A stretch of 49,664 nucleotides of DNA from Bacteroidales bacterium. Lineage in GTDB: Bacteria; Bacteroidota; Bacteroidia; Bacteroidales; F082. The stretch is taken from assembly GCA_045628585.1 (NCBI GenBank), contig JAZQPN010000256.1:1-49664 (forward strand). Direction: 5' to 3'. Positions 48,250-49,664 of this stretch are shown piece after piece. The notes beneath the pieces were generated by a model. It was not told where the DNA came from, ran no database searches, and was given only the letters and a program-made list of their open reading frames with translations. Each line of letters starts with the position of its first letter. The first letter of the stretch is position 1. The position numbers and the translations under genes were made by a program.

Positions 48250-48316
48250 AAAAAAAGTAACCAGACGGCTGGTGGGGTAAAGCCTCCCCTTTAGCATAGG
48301 CATCCGATTACTTTCG
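48250..48316 (-). ncRNA. Candidate small RNA B (~65 nt)
   Basis: On the minus strand: TTTG, 21 nt, TACTTTTG (-7 box at 48328-48321), then CTGGCGAAAG.., GGGG-aggcttta-CCCC, the hairpin ACCAG-ccgt-CTGGT (48273-48260), then TAC and U7 (48256-48250). This is prediction only. Confidence 0.35.
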
Positions 48317-48368
48317 CCAGCAAAAGTATGAATAATTTCTAATACGCAACAAAATGAAGGGAACAATG

Positions 48369-48434
48369 AAAAAAAAGCGATAGGGCGCCATCTAATGCTA
48401 TCCGCAAGGTTAGGCCACTCGTCCACCGCTTTCG
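48369..48434 (-). ncRNA. Candidate small RNA A (~65 nt)
   Basis: On the minus strand: TACTTTTG (-7 box at 48446-48439), the same CTGGCGAAAG 5' decamer, the bulged hairpin GCGgATAG-14 nt-CTATCGC (48405-48377), then U8 (48376-48369). The 18-mer TACTTTTGCTGGCGAAAG is identical in units A and B, which sit 118 nt apart. This is prediction only. Confidence 0.3.
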
Positions 48435-48530
48435 CCAGCAAAAGTAAAAAAAATTGCGGCTAAAACGATTTTATTGGACAATATTATTTTTGAAAAGATT
48501 CATGTAAGATTTGTTTCCAATCCCACCCAC

Positions 48531-49652
48531 TCATTCCGCAATCTTCTGAAGCACGAAATCAGCGATTTTGCCCCGCGCCTCGGTCATGCCGATTTTCTTG
48601 CGGATGTTGGTACGCCCCTTCCCCACCGTGTCGGGACTTACCTTTAGAATGTCAGCCACTTCCTGCACCGAAAACGGCATCATGGACAAGATGCAAATGC
48701 GGAACTCCCAGTCGGCGAGCGTCGGGAACTTGCTGCGAATGCCCTCCACCACATCGGGATAGGTTTTCTGGTATTCGTTGAAAATGGCGTCATACGCAGT
48801 TTCGGCTTTCTTACCACAGACAAACCCTTTCAGTTTCTGATAGGTAGCCACGTTTTTCTCCTTGGCTTCGCCGAGTTGGAACACCTTGAAAATCAATTCC
48901 GCTTTTTGGAACATATTGTTTTTCGTAGTCTCCGAAACGGCTTCATATTCCGTCTGCAAAGCAATGATTTCCTCATTCAGTTCGGCCATTTTCTTTCGCT
49001 TTTTCGACAGGTTCATCACCACGGCAAGCACCGCCGAGAGTGCCGCCAAAAGCGACAAGGAAAGCACTATGACCCAACGCTGCTTGCGAATCAGCGCGTG
49101 GTTAAAGTCGTTTTGCAAGACCGCACATTTATTGTAATAATAAAGCGCACTGTCGATTTCGCCCGCCATTTCGAAAAGTCTTCCCATAGCACCATAATTG
49201 CGTTCCAAAACCGTGAAATCGTTGTCATTCAATTTGTTGGAATTTCTGAAATCAGCCAAGACCGCAGCATGGTTTGCCGAATCGGTGTATAAGGTCGAGA
49301 CGGTTTGCTTCACTTTGTCCACCAAGGCGGCATTACCCGAGGTTTCTGCAATGGAGAAAGCCTCATTGATAGCCACCGCCGCCGAATCATAATCGCCGCG
49401 CTGCCAATACGCGCAACCGCTGTAAAGGGACGACGAGGCCTGCATTTCGGCATCATCACAATGCTTGGAAAAATAACGCTGCACTTCGAAAACCGATGTG
49501 TCCTGCGAAATGTCTTCGCCATTCTCAAACTTCGTTTCGATTTCGGCAAGGCGTTTCTCCATCATCATCCGGCGGTTGCTTTCGTCGCAGGAAACGATGA
49601 AAAACATTGCACCGAACAAGAGCAAAATCACCAAAGAATTATTGTTGCGCAT
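48531..49652 (-). CDS. Membrane-anchored one-component regulator: TPR-like sensor + TM helix + LuxR/GerE-type HTH, 373 aa
   Basis: The N-terminal signal/lipoprotein-like segment is LVILLLFGAMFFIVSC. TPR-like helices include YSGCAYWQRGDYDSAAVAINEAF and GRLFEMAGEIDSALYYYNKC. One TM helix: WVIVLSLSLLAALSAVLAVVMNL. The C-terminal HTH is FSVQEVADILKVSPDTVGKGRTNIRKKIG. Confidence 0.85.
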   Translation of the reverse strand: MRNNNSLVILLLFGAMFFIVSCDESNRRMMMEKRLAEIETKFENGEDISQDTSVFEVQRYFSKHCDDAEMQASSSLYSGCAYWQRGDYDSAAVAINEAFSIAETSGNAALVDKVKQTVSTLYTDSANHAAVLADFRNSNKLNDNDFTVLERNYGAMGRLFEMAGEIDSALYYYNKCAVLQNDFNHALIRKQRWVIVLSLSLLAALSAVLAVVMNLSKKRKKMAELNEEIIALQTEYEAVSETTKNNMFQKAELIFKVFQLGEAKEKNVATYQKLKGFVCGKKAETAYDAIFNEYQKTYPDVVEGIRSKFPTLADWEFRICILSMMPFSVQEVADILKVSPDTVGKGRTNIRKKIGMTEARGKIADFVLQKIAE

Positions 49653-49664
49653 GACTGTAGTTTT

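Noticed and set aside
48116-48530. RNase P RNA, tmRNA, SRP RNA or a cobalamin riboswitch in the ORF-poor gap.
   Set aside because: None of the universally conserved strings I know are present on either strand: GAGGAAAGTCC for RNase P, a GGGG..5' end plus ..ALAA tag frame and TTCGA..CCA 3' end for tmRNA, the GGAAG/AGCAG SRP motif, or a B12 box.
1-49664. A mobile element or genomic island (transposase, integrase, phage genes, att sites).
   Set aside because: No such genes or terminal inverted repeats were seen. The giant locus is flanked by ordinary housekeeping genes. Compositional tests could not be computed here.

Overview
This looks like a Bacteroidota chromosome segment, probably Bacteroidales or Prevotellaceae-like. 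Supporting signs are T9SS-type C-terminal sorting domains, TAnnTTTG promoter boxes and a Bacteroides-like RsmG. About 78% of the window (189-38876, minus strand) is one tightly packed five-gene unit. It is led by a single uninterrupted 28,932-nt ORF of 9,643 aa, roughly 1 MDa by simple arithmetic.

The giant protein reads, in order: Sec signal peptide; a ~665-aa mixed beta-sandwich head; 16 tandem, individually capped right-handed parallel beta-helix modules (363-518 aa each, Pmp / choice-of-anchor-Q-like); Fn3; 9 CARDB-like domains; a PPC-like domain; and an IPT/TIG-like domain. It ends without a recognisable T9SS sorting domain.

Four genes follow it at gaps of 15, 8, 19 and 12 nt: an orphan 439-aa secreted protein, a thrombospondin type-3 (Ca-binding) repeat protein, and two T9SS cargo proteins (1,598 and 749 aa). 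A third T9SS cargo (651 aa, six InlB-B-type repeats) lies just upstream. Three of these proteins share a ~110-aa E(I/L/V)GAF..CRG..FRLYDH module. The 1,598-aa protein also shares a ~45-55-aa Cys-bracketed mini-domain with linkers inside the giant protein. These shared parts tie the cluster together.

The right flank is ordinary: GH73 glucosaminidase-LysM, rsmG, an M16 peptidase, an MFS transporter and a small hypothetical gene. Then comes a ~570-nt ORF-poor gap holding two tandem promoter-box + hairpin + U-tract units (candidate sRNAs), followed by a membrane-anchored TPR/LuxR-type regulator.

I saw no rRNA, convincing tRNA, CRISPR, transposase or integrase. All domain calls are by-eye motif recognition; no HMM or BLAST search could be run.
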